From contig MU004188.1 in NCBI GenBank assembly GCA_010093605.1, positions 2,185,918 to 2,239,608 of the forward strand: a stretch of DNA of 53,691 nucleotides. The letters run 5' to 3'. Origin of the DNA: Lophium mytilinum (Eukaryota). Position 1 is the stretch's first letter. The number at the start of each line of letters is the position of its first letter. Positions 11,095 through 21,173 of the stretch are shown piece by piece. The notes under the pieces were generated by a model, which made no database searches, was not told the origin of the DNA, and saw only the letters and a list, made by a program, of their open reading frames with translations. The translations under genes and the position numbers were made by a program.

Positions 11095-11508
11095 CTACAC
11101 AAAATCGCAAAACACCCTACTCACAATCCTCACATCCTTCCCAAACTGCACCGCCTTCCCCTTCCCGGTGGGCATCCCCTCAAACCTCCCCGCCGCGTCG
11201 CTAGAATTGTTCTCGCTCGCCTCGCACGCCACTTTCTCCTGTCCGCTGGTCTCTCCTTGCACTTCCAGTATTTCAGCGGAGATCGGGTTGAGGATGGCAG
11301 GGTTCTGTGTCGTGCCAATGATGACGGTCTTCGTGACGGACGTCGTCGGGGACGTGGCGAAGAAGATTATTGCGCGGGGTTTGTCGGCGTTGAGGTCGGT
11401 GGTGCGGAGGGCGAGGAGGGAGGGGGAGGGGGCTGGGAGGGCTCGGGAATGTTGAGACAAAGAGAGGAAGACTACGAGGGCAGAGAGGAGGGATGAGTGG
11501 GGATGCAT
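11095..11508 (-). CDS. Small secreted protein of unknown function (137 aa, 2 Cys)
   Basis: An internal ATG at 11508 gives a signal-peptide-like MHPHSSLLSALVVFLSLSQHSRA|LP. Codon usage runs C-rich to G-rich as in the neighbouring genes. Confidence 0.65.
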   Translation of the reverse strand: MHPHSSLLSALVVFLSLSQHSRALPAPSPSLLALRTTDLNADKPRAIIFFATSPTTSVTKTVIIGTTQNPAILNPISAEILEVQGETSGQEKVACEASENNSSDAAGRFEGMPTGKGKAVQFGKDVRIVSRVFCDFV

Positions 11509-12268
11509 TGGAGCGCGATAGTGCTGGAGTCTGGCGAGGATTTGATGGTGGGACTGCGATTGGTCGAGGAAAAGAAGTTGAAGTATTTCGGTTTTGGATG
11601 AGAGCTGTAAAGACAAAAATGACTAAGACGAGGAAAGTGTTTATCAGAACTGAATGGCAAAGGCTAAGAATGAGAGACTTGGTAATGCAGCATATCTATC
11701 CACCAAACTTCCCCGCGCTGCGACGCTCATTTGAAGGGCACAGTATTGCGGCGTAGACATCTCTAAATTAACATACCATGCGGCACAGAGATCTGAATCG
11801 TTCGCAGCATCAAATCGCCTCGTACCAAACTCCTGTTCACTCCGTACTGAGTCGATAGATCGCCAAGCTTCTCCCAGCATCCTAGCAAGCGCTCCTACGC
11901 GCCCGTGTGAGCCAAAATTATTTCCTCTTCAAGCAAAACAACTTCGATGTTGGGATTAGAAGCATGCAGAAGAAGTTTCGAGCTATTCTGACGTTAGCGC
12001 CGCTGTGCCGCAGATGTTTGAGGCCCGGGAGCTGGCGGCTATGGGAAGCACGATTGGATGAGATCGCGAAGAGGCGGAAACACCAACATGGTGATTCGAA
12101 ACGGAGGATCATGTTCGGAAGATAACAGTGCTAAGGCGTACTGCTGAGAGGTTGCAAAGATCTCGAGATGTCACGCGAAGCTTTATGCAAACTCGCTACG
12201 AGGATAATGCATTTGTGCATTTGAGTACAAAGCACTATTTCTTAATCTAACTGCACCCCATCCTCCAT

Positions 12269-13850
12269 CTACAACGTATACCTGAAATCCGGGTGCCTAT
12301 CTCCCATCTTGCCCGCGTCAATTTCCTTGATACGCTCTTCAATGGACATGTTCTCGCGCTTGCGATTCAGACCGCGCAGAAGGATGAACATGGTGAAGTA
12401 GCCCACCGCAGCCGTGGTCATAGTACTCAAAGAAATCGCGTGGCCGATAACATAGCGTCCCTCGGAGTTCTTCAAACGATAGATCTGTCCAGCCATGATA
12501 CCCGCGCTGTTTCCGATGGTCTGCTGCAGTCCGATAGCTGTCGCGCGCTTGAAGTAGCCGGCGTTGCTGTTGATGATCCAGGTGACGTTCAAGCCCACGA
12601 CGCAGTAGATACCAGTGGCGGTGACGAAAGTCGCGAAATATAGTACAGCCGTTTTATCCATTGAAACTCCGAGCTGCAGGGCGTATCCGATCGCGGTGAC
12701 GAGGGCCATTGGGACCATGAAGACAGCTCTGCGATTGAAGTGGTCCGATGCGAATGAAACGACGATATAGACAATGGATGCCCAGATATACACCGGTACA
12801 GTAAGTAGTTGGGTGTGGACGCTTGAGTATCCAAAGCCCTTGATGATGGAAGGCAGGAAAGTTGAGAAGCCAAACGAGCACGTGTTGGCGCAAAACTGGC
12901 AGAACGACGACAGCCACACTTTAGGGTCCTGGAAAGCGTACTTTACTTCTTCCTTGTCGAATGTCTCGATGGAGAGCGATGCGCCTTGGTACAAGCTTGC
13001 GTTTCCGGTTCGAGCGCGCATAATGACCTTTTCGTCCTCGCGGAGCCACCACGCCTTCTCGAAATTGTCGGGGAGTAGGAAAATAGCCATTAGGCCGACG
13101 ATCATGGAGATGACGCCCTCGATCAAGAAAAGCCATCGCCAACCTGCAAGGCCCCTGACGCCGTGGAGATTCGTCAGACCATAAGCAAGTAGGCCTCCGA
13201 AGGCGCCAGAGAGAGCTGATGCCACGAAGAGGTACGAAATGCGGCGAGCTTGCTCCAACGGTTGGTAAAAGGTGCTGAGATACAGCGTCAAGCAGGGAAA
13301 GAGCCCACTCTCGAAGCAACCCAGGAGTAGACGAGTCGCAATGAGGCCAGCATAGTTGTTGACGAAGGCTGCGCCGATGATTACAGCACTCCAGCAGATG
13401 ACGAAGAATGGAATAAGACGACTTGGGCGCAGTTTCTTGAGTGCCAATGATGCCGGTACTTCGAAGGCGATATATGTAACTGGATTGAAGTTAAGAGGTT
13501 GAAGGCAGTCGACGAGAGAAGTTCCATACCATAAAATAGAGTCACTGCAACGTTCAACCTATTACCGGTCAGGTTGAGATCCTTTGTCATTCCAGCAATA
13601 GCGGCGTTTCCTATTGGACCGTTAGTATTTGATATCGATGTTCAAGCGGAGTGTGAGACGTACCAATGTTGCTTCGGTCTAGGTATGCTACCAGGAAGAA
13701 AAGAACCATCATTGGCGACAGCATCAGATCCAGCTTCCGAATTAGGCGTTTCTCAGCAACCGGATCGATATATGTCTCGCCTTCAGTGACCTTCAGAGCT
13801 TCCCCCTCGCTGATGGTGGCATCTTTGGAGATGCCCTTTTCGGTGTCCAT
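12269..13850 (-). CDS. MFS transporter, Dal5 family, Tna1 (nicotinate/carboxylate permease)-like, 492 aa; introns 13611-13663, 13480-13529
   Basis: Spliced frame is 1479 nt. Motifs EKRLIRKLD, AYLDRSNIGNA, FEVP, RLLLGCFESGLFP, GLAGWRWLFLIEG and the C-terminal GDRHPDFRYTL. Confidence 0.93.
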
Positions 13851-14004
13851 TCTTAAAGCTCAAAGAATCGAATTGATGTGTCGAGGTGGAGTAGTCGCAA
13901 CTCTCTGTCCTAGTGTCGTGCCATCTCCAACCTGAAGTCGTTGCAGTAGTTATACACCTCATCCCAGATGGCGACGATGTTGTTTGACCGATCATGAAAA
14001 TTTG

Positions 14005-14160
14005 CCGATGAGAAGATGAGGAAGGGATCGGAGAACGAACCATGGGACGATCCGTCGGCATTTCCTCGTATCTATTCTGCCAGCCTCGCCCATGACTAGG
14101 ACGCCTCCCCGCAAACGGAGCTCCGAAGCCAACGGGAAACAAATATCGGGGAATGCCCAT
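14005..14160. promoter_or_regulatory. CGG/CCG-rich divergent promoter; candidate Zn2Cys6 binding sites
   Basis: The 342-bp MFS/TF intergenic region holds a perfect palindrome CGGAGCTCCG (14116-14125), CCGTCGG and ATATCGGGGAAT (14143-14154). Confidence 0.4.
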
Positions 14161-14192
14161 GAGCCCCATGCTTTGTCCTCTCCACCCTCCAA

Positions 14193-16560
14193 ATGCCGAA
14201 CGACACCACGAAACTCGATCCGCCGCGACGGAAACGAGGCCGACACGCTGTTGCGTGTATTCCTTGTCACAGGCGGAAGCAGAAGGTACGCATTACTACT
14301 CTTCATCGTCGGAATGAATCCTGTGTCCTGAAGGTTCAGAGACTTTGATCGGACACACGAATGCGCGTCACGTGATCTCAATACCTCTCCTTGCAATGAG
14401 CATAGAAGAATGAGCATGTCTGGCTAACAGTCCGTCAATGTCTAGTGTGACGGTGCTTACCCTTGCTTCAATTGCAAGCGTCGAAATGTCGCTTCGCGCT
14501 GTGCATACATCGAGGAAGCGCAACGGAGGCATGCAAGCCCGGCTGCAGGTACTCAGAACGGTCGCCCACACCCAGCAAACGAACCCCAAAATGACGGAGA
14601 AAGCAACCATGAAGCCTCGGCCAGCGCTGATCACGACTTTGTTGGGGCTTCTGAGAACTCTGTTCATACTGCAGGCGCGGATGATTCCTCAGACCCCCCG
14701 GTTGGCGACCTCTTCAAAAGCCGAGATGCCCCCTCGTTCTTTGGGTCGTCTTACTTTGGCCCTCAAGCAGCGGCTAAGATTATGGAAGCTCCAGCGCCTG
14801 ATCTAACTTCTGGTATTCGATCTCAGATGGCCAGTTCTACACACTCATTCCGTGACGAAGGAGGCCCTTTTTCGCAAATATGGGATCTCCTTGGTCTATT
14901 GCCACGGAAGAAGAGTACAGTAGACAGGATTACTGATTGCTTTCTTAACGAGCTCAACTGGACTATAGATGCTGTCTGTCCGGCGTCGTTCAGATGCAAG
15001 TACGACGATTTCTGGGAACGAAAGTTCGGATTCGATGACTTCGCTACCATAGACTTGCGCTGGCTGGCACTTCTCTTCATTGTGCTAGCCTTCGGGGTGT
15101 TACTCGATTGTCCGCGTCCTAAGAATAAGGAAGTTCAGAGAGAGCTTCAAGATACGTCTCTGCGATTCTACTGGGCTGCAAGACGGGCTATCGTAATTGC
15201 TCCGACGTTTTACGGCGAGTCAACTGATCTGGTCAGAGCTGGAGTGCTCGTTACGCGTTATTTGATATACACCCGACGAGTGCCTGAGTCGTGGCTTACG
15301 ACTAGCTTTGCGATGGTGCGTATGACTAGACATTCCCCTTTCGGACTATCAACTAATGGTGCATTCGCTACTTAGCGTATGGCGCAAGCGCAAGGCATGC
15401 ACATCGATGGAGAGCGTTGGCGGCTCCCCCGAAAGGAAACCGAAACCCGCCGCAGACTCTGGAGCCATCTATACATGCTCGACAAGACCATTGCTTTGGC
15501 TCTGGGCCGTCCGTTTGCTATCCTAGATCAGCAATGCCTTGTCAAGAAAGCATCGAACGTCTGGCTAGACGACATGAGCGATGGGGAAGCTGCCAGTACC
15601 TCTGAAGCGCCTCTTAGCGAGCCCAAGCTGAGCGTGTGCACTGCTTTAGCCCACGACCTCGCCATCATCGTGGGGAAGATTCAAGAACACTGCTTTGGCT
15701 TATTCACAGGTTCCTACGACATGGTACTCTCCCTAGATGAAGAAATTGTAACTTGGGAAGAAAAGCTCCCTCCGTACTTCAAACTCCATGACCCTGACAC
15801 ATCAAAAGATGGTATCCTTCCATTTCTCATCTGGAATCGGCTGCATCTCCACAGCATGTATCACTTCGCTAGAGTCACGCTTCATCGGCCGTATCTTCTT
15901 CGGCAATCGATCACGAACCGATTTCGACACAGTCATGACGTTTGTATAGCGTCGGCTTGCGCAGATCTTGACATGAGATTGAAGTATCTCTCGCAGCGAC
16001 TCAATGATCGGCTAAAATGGTGTCTCGGCCCTCACCATCTCTTCAACAGTGCCCTCGTTCTAGGGATCATTGCCGTTCGCGAGCCTTCTTCTCGCCGATC
16101 CATAGCTATCCTTGAAGATCTCGAAGCGTACTGCGAGATGCAGAAGAATGACATCTGGATCAATGAATTCGCTCTCGCAGAGGTCAAGATAGTTGAACTC
16201 TGTATCAAGCGTGCGAGAAAGCTTCGAACTTCAGTGCAAAGCTCGTCTGCGGCAGCCCCTCAATCCTCAACTATTCCCACTCAAGCAACCGAGACAACGG
16301 AAGGCTTCAGCTCTGCAAGCACGGAGACAATTGCCCCAACGGCGCCTCCCCATGCACAACCAGCTCCACAGCCGCATTTCGATTATGGCGCTAGCGAACC
16401 CCAAGTCATGCCTTCGTTCACCCCAGGCGACAATGCTCAACCATGGCAAACCGCATGGGCAGACCCATCTTTCTCCCTTCTCGAAGCAGCGGACTTGCAG
16501 CACTGGGAATACGTGCTGGACAACATAACGCAAGACCAGATGAGCTTCATGGGCCAATAA
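14193..16560 (+). CDS. Zn(II)2Cys6 transcription factor with fungal-specific TF (middle homology) domain, 715 aa; introns 14286-14445, 15316-15375
   Basis: Splicing reconstitutes ACIPCHRRKQK|CDGAYPCFNCKRRNVASRC, which is absent from the ORF track. Also RMAQAQGMH and ETRRRLWSHLYMLDK...LGRP. Confidence 0.93.
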
Positions 16561-16603
16561 ATTTCTACCTAAACGCCGATTTTATGCATCCTGATGTGCG
16601 CCC

Positions 16604-17600
16604 TCACACCTTCAATGGCTTATCCTCATATTCCACTTTGTTCACCAAACTCCCCAACCCATGGCTCATCACGACCCTCAAATCATCCCCATCCTTCAAA
16701 TAAACCACCGGCGTCTTACTAATCCCAATCCCATGCGGCGTTCCAGTCATAATCACCGTCCCCTTCTCCAACGTAGTTCCCTGGCTCAGATACGCCACGG
16801 TCTCCGCAATACCAAAGATCATATCATCCGCCCTCCCCTCCTGCATCACCTCCCCATTCAAAAACGTCCTCAGCTCAATGCGCCCTGGGTCCGGAATACT
16901 CCGGGCAGCAACCACACACGGCCCCAACGGCGCGAACCCATCGAAACCTTTCCCAAACCCCCACTGCGCACCGCGGAACTGATGCGTTCGTGCCGTCACG
17001 TCGTTGGAACACGCGTAACCGAGCACGTAGTCCATGGCAGTCTCTTTGCGCACGTTCTTTGCGTCTTTGCCGATTACGATCGCGAGCTCGGCCTCGTAGT
17101 CCGCCTGTCCGTCCGTCGCTTGGTAGGGGATCACGACGGGCGCATTGGGGGCGCCGAGGCAGGATGCGGGCTTGAAGAAGAGGGTTGGGTAGTCGGGGAG
17201 CTCCATGTGCATTTCTTTGGCATGGTTGCGGTAGTTGAGGCCGATGCAGCGGATTGTGCCGACTTCATTTCGGGAGAGGGGAGCTAGGAGGGTGCGGATG
17301 GTGAGGATAGTGGCGGTGGGGCGGGTTGAGGGATCGAGGATGGTGCTTGAGGTGAAGATGCGGACGCGGACGGGGTTGGAGGCTGTGAGGGCGGCGCCGA
17401 CTGTAGGGGGTTAGGAGGAAGTTGGTGTTGACGGAGAGGGTGGCAAGCTTACTGTCAATCTCTGCATCGACGGGTTCGCCGGTGTATTCTTTGTTGTCTT
17501 CTGCTGCTATGAAGCGGACTAGACGGTTCCAGCTCTGCGATAGCAATTAGCTCGATTACACTCATTGCATAAGATCCAATCGAGCACTTACAGTAGCCAT
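16604..17600 (-). CDS. Fumarylacetoacetate hydrolase (FAH) superfamily protein, FAHD/Fmp41-like, 295 aa; introns 17535-17591, 17401-17452
   Basis: A 9-nt first exon (ATGGCTACT), then SWNRLVRF, IRCIGLNYRNHAKE, PTLFFKP, DYEAELAIVIGK, NDVTAR, GKGFDGFAPLGP and TGTP. Confidence 0.93.
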
Positions 17601-18250
17601 CCCCTCCCCAATCTCGACTTGCGGCATTGAACCCATCTTGGAATTTTGAAGATAAGAAATGTAAAGCTTGGCTTAGCTCCAAGAAGAATGGAGAGTTTAA
17701 CGCGAATATATCGGACAACGCGTTCTTTCTCTATCAGCGCCATTCGCCACATGCTCCCGTATTCCCGATCGATCGGCTTTCTCGAGATCTATCACCAAGG
17801 ATCCCTTGCGCGGCCCTCACCCCATGAATCGGGCATTGGAGTCCTACAACTCGGATGGGTATCGAATTCCGACTGCCTATCTTCCCTAGCCTTTCTCTTG
17901 TGATATGTTGTCCATTTGCCGTCGGCTTTGTGGTTTTGATAGGAATGAAGAGGGCCGGGAATACCCCACACTCTTGGCAGGGACAGATATGATGACTTGC
18001 ATGAGTCGCGTGCGAGGGGGACCCGAAGGTCAGGTCACCTAAAGAATCCTCGCTTTGTGCCGGTACTCCAGTCTAGGTATTTCCTTTACCTCTGCTATTC
18101 CACGGCCTAATCGTGGGGTGAAACAAGGCAAGAAATGGAATAAATTTGACGGAGACGACTTAGAACACGATGCGAACGAAAGAGATCCGAGGTTTCATAC
18201 TCTGAGATGTACAAAACACTCCCAAGACTAGAAGTCAAAGACCAGAAACA

Positions 18251-18670
18251 TTACTTCCGCTCTACCTCCTCCCCCTTCCCCTTATCCTGCACAACCAACA
18301 CCATCCCACCCCCCGCCACCGCCGCACTCGTCACCGCCACCAACGCAATCCCCGCAATATTCGGCCGAAACAGTCCCCTCTGTAACAGCCTCAGCGACGC
18401 AAAGTACCGCGTGGTCCCATACGTTAAGCAGCCCGTCCCCGACGCCACCAGCGCCGTCGCCTGGATCTTCAGGTCGCCGTGATCGTGCTTCAGCATCGGC
18501 GAGAGGGCTTCCAGGGCATCGAGCTTGGCGAGAGCGACGCCGAGCGCTACGAAGCCGAGACCGGTGCGCGTCCAGGCGAGAAAGGTGCGCTCGTTGGCGA
18601 GGTGGTCACGTGCGACGCTGCCGATGTTGGCGATGGGGGTGCTGCGGAGGTGGCGGAGGTACCGGGACAT
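18251..18670 (-). CDS. DUF202 (YidH/Vtc1-like) small membrane protein, 139 aa
   Basis: ARDHLANERTFLAWTRT signature followed by three hydrophobic segments. Confidence 0.9.
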   Translation of the reverse strand: MSRYLRHLRSTPIANIGSVARDHLANERTFLAWTRTGLGFVALGVALAKLDALEALSPMLKHDHGDLKIQATALVASGTGCLTYGTTRYFASLRLLQRGLFRPNIAGIALVAVTSAAVAGGGMVLVVQDKGKGEEVERK

Positions 18671-19047
18671 TTGGGGATGATGAGGAGTGGGGTCTCTGTG
18701 AGGAGACGGTTTGGGGTTGAGATGTAGGTGATTTGGAGAGGTTTTTGTTTCTTTCTACGTGTTGAACGTGCACCGCGACCGGTTCAATGACGTATTTCTG
18801 GATGTGTTCTTACTTAAAGCAAAAGTGTAAAGCGTTAAATGGATCTTCTAGGGAGCCTGTCGTCTTCGTGAGCATCGAAGTGTGATATATGAAATAGAGG
18901 CGATAAAGCGTCATGGTGTTGATGAGCGGAAGTTCGAAGATGGAACACCCCCACGTGCTGGGCTACCCCCACGCGGCACGTCGTTGATGCAGGTGGTGTT
19001 TACGCGTTTCCCTTCCATCTTCATCCCCAGCTCACCATCAATCCAGC

Positions 19048-19893
19048 ATGGCATCTGGCCTACGCTCACGGAAGCGCCCGTTCCACGAAGATGTCACTAC
19101 GATTGAAACTGGGAATACATCACCATCGCGAAATGTCCGACAACGCAAAACCTCCGGCAAACGCACCAAGAACATCAAGTTGCTACTCATCTCCTATGGC
19201 CGCACTCACGGCCCTCTGTCGACTCTTATTCCTGGATCCATCGTGGACAGTGGTCACGCTCGCTCCCAGGGTTATGGAGCGAGATATCTCCAGAAGAATT
19301 TCGACCTTAATCACGTCGGGCTAGGCACTCCTGATACCTTGCTCTTCAACACCGACCAAACCGGCCAAACCGCGTTCGTACAAGACACGCTCATGGGGTA
19401 TATAGATAACCGTCAGTGGTTTAGGGAGATATACGGGAAGGTGAAGGACATTATAAGGTGTAGCAGAGAGCAATGGTATAGGCACGTTTCTATTGGCATG
19501 GGTTGCCACAACGGGAAAAGGAGGAGTGTGGCATTCGTGGAGCTGATTGCGAAGAGGTTAAAGAGGGCAGGGCACTGCGAGGTCGAAATTGTGCATCGGG
19601 ATGTCAAGAAGGAGAACCTTTCGGCTGATGTCAAGAAAGAGCTTGAAGGCTTTTTCGTTGCGTGGGACCACTTGACATGGAAGGATATGGACTGGCTTTT
19701 CGATGGGCCTGTTACTCATGAGGCGATTGCACGAGCGACGGAGTTAGCTAAGCGAGATCTCATGACCGAGAGCGAGTTGGAGGACATAGAACGGGAGGAA
19801 GAAGATGATATCCCCTTCTTTCTGAAGGACTGCGAATGCTCCGTATGTCACGACCGGCGGAAAGTTCTCAACTACCCGTACACCTCGCTTTGA
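19048..19893 (+). CDS. Protein with a RapZ/YvcJ C-terminal-like domain (281 aa, intronless)
   Basis: LLLISYGRTHG (cf. xxSFGxKxG), TG motif, SIGMGCHNGKRRSVAFVELIA (cf. IAIGCTGGxHRSV) and VEIVHRD. It has a basic N-terminus and an acidic, Cys-containing tail. Confidence 0.72.
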   Translation: MASGLRSRKRPFHEDVTTIETGNTSPSRNVRQRKTSGKRTKNIKLLLISYGRTHGPLSTLIPGSIVDSGHARSQGYGARYLQKNFDLNHVGLGTPDTLLFNTDQTGQTAFVQDTLMGYIDNRQWFREIYGKVKDIIRCSREQWYRHVSIGMGCHNGKRRSVAFVELIAKRLKRAGHCEVEIVHRDVKKENLSADVKKELEGFFVAWDHLTWKDMDWLFDGPVTHEAIARATELAKRDLMTESELEDIEREEEDDIPFFLKDCECSVCHDRRKVLNYPYTSL

Positions 19894-20002
19894 GACTTAA
19901 GACCACTGTAAGATATCACAATCAGGGGCAGGACGGTGTGTGGATATCTATAGCGAGAAAATGAAGTCCCCAGCCGGCGTCGAACTACCTATCCCTCATC
20001 CC

Positions 20003-20880
20003 CTACCTCTCCTCTTCCCCATCCTTCCGCTCAGCTGGCCACAGCACCCACGCCCCAATCACTCCCGCCTTCAAGCCCGCTGCCGTCCATAGCGCTCCCT
20101 TCATGCCAGCCGTACTATGCGCAAACAGCCCTCCTCCCACCGCTCCGATTAGCAGCAGAACCGGCGCCGCAATTCTCCGATTCCGCTCCACGTTCTCTAT
20201 GAATCCAGTCGTGAACAGCCCCGGGTCGCTAAACAAATCGCAATAATTACTCGTCAGCACCACACTAGTCAGGCCACTGTATTGCAGCACACGGCTGGTA
20301 ACGGCCTGACCAGAAGACTGGAAGGAGATGGCCGCGAGGGGGACAACGACGTTCCATGGAATCTCATTGGAGTCTTTCGGCGGAGCGGTAGTCAGAGTTA
20401 GAATCAGAGCGGCGACGGTAAGGAGGAGTAGTTGAAGAATGAAGCTGAGAAGTAACGTGACGCGTTTGCGGGGACCGAGTAGGCGGTGGAAGGTACTAAA
20501 GAAGAGGGAGCCTAGGCAGAACGAGGCGATTGAGGTAATGGATTTGAGCCAGCGGGTTGAGGCTTGCGGTTCGACGATCCCGAGGCCGAGGTATATGGTG
20601 TTTCCTGGAGAGTCTTAGCGTGGTGTATTTTCGATAGGGAGAAGGAGGAATAGGTACCGGTTTGCATGGAGGCAAACGCTCCCCATATATAGACGGCCGA
20701 GCTGTCGATGAGACCAGTGATGAGATAACCAAAAAGGAGGACGATGTCGGCGCGGTGTTTGCTGACATTGGAAGTCATGTGCTTTCGTAAACGTATAGAA
20801 ATTCTGCCATTGTGCTTTCTTTGGCTTAAAAGGGGTGTGTTCTCGTCTAAAGTGCCATTCCGCGGAGTACCGTTGTCCAT
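20003..20880 (-). CDS. DUF1275 (YoaK-family) multi-pass membrane protein, 274 aa; intron 20605-20657
   Basis: Splicing gives TGLIDSS...FASMQTGNTIYLGLG. Also FQSSGQAVTSR and TSVVLTSNYCDL, with about 6 hydrophobic segments. Confidence 0.88.
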
Positions 20881-21173
20881 CTTTGGCGGGAAGATATTTG
20901 GGACTCGACGACGATGGTTTGATATGCTTAATTAAGATGTTGATATATTTCCAGGATTATGCGGCTAGAGTGCAGTGTTCTTTATCTTTGTTTCTTTTGC
21001 GAGGCTTGATGGTGGACTGCGGGGGCTTTGTTGCATGACGAAGGCTGACGGAGATCGCGGAAGCTAATGCACACTAACCAATACTCACTATGACTAAGTA
21101 GACGACACTTATAACCTCAGTGAACCCTTCCCGTGGGCTTCATTAATCCTCAGCATACTCAAATTTTGGAAAG

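Noticed and set aside
14424..14445. Alternative CAG acceptor at 14430 that would put a stop inside the Zn cluster
   Set aside because: It directly abuts the CTAAC branch point, so it is unlikely to be used, and there is no transcript evidence.
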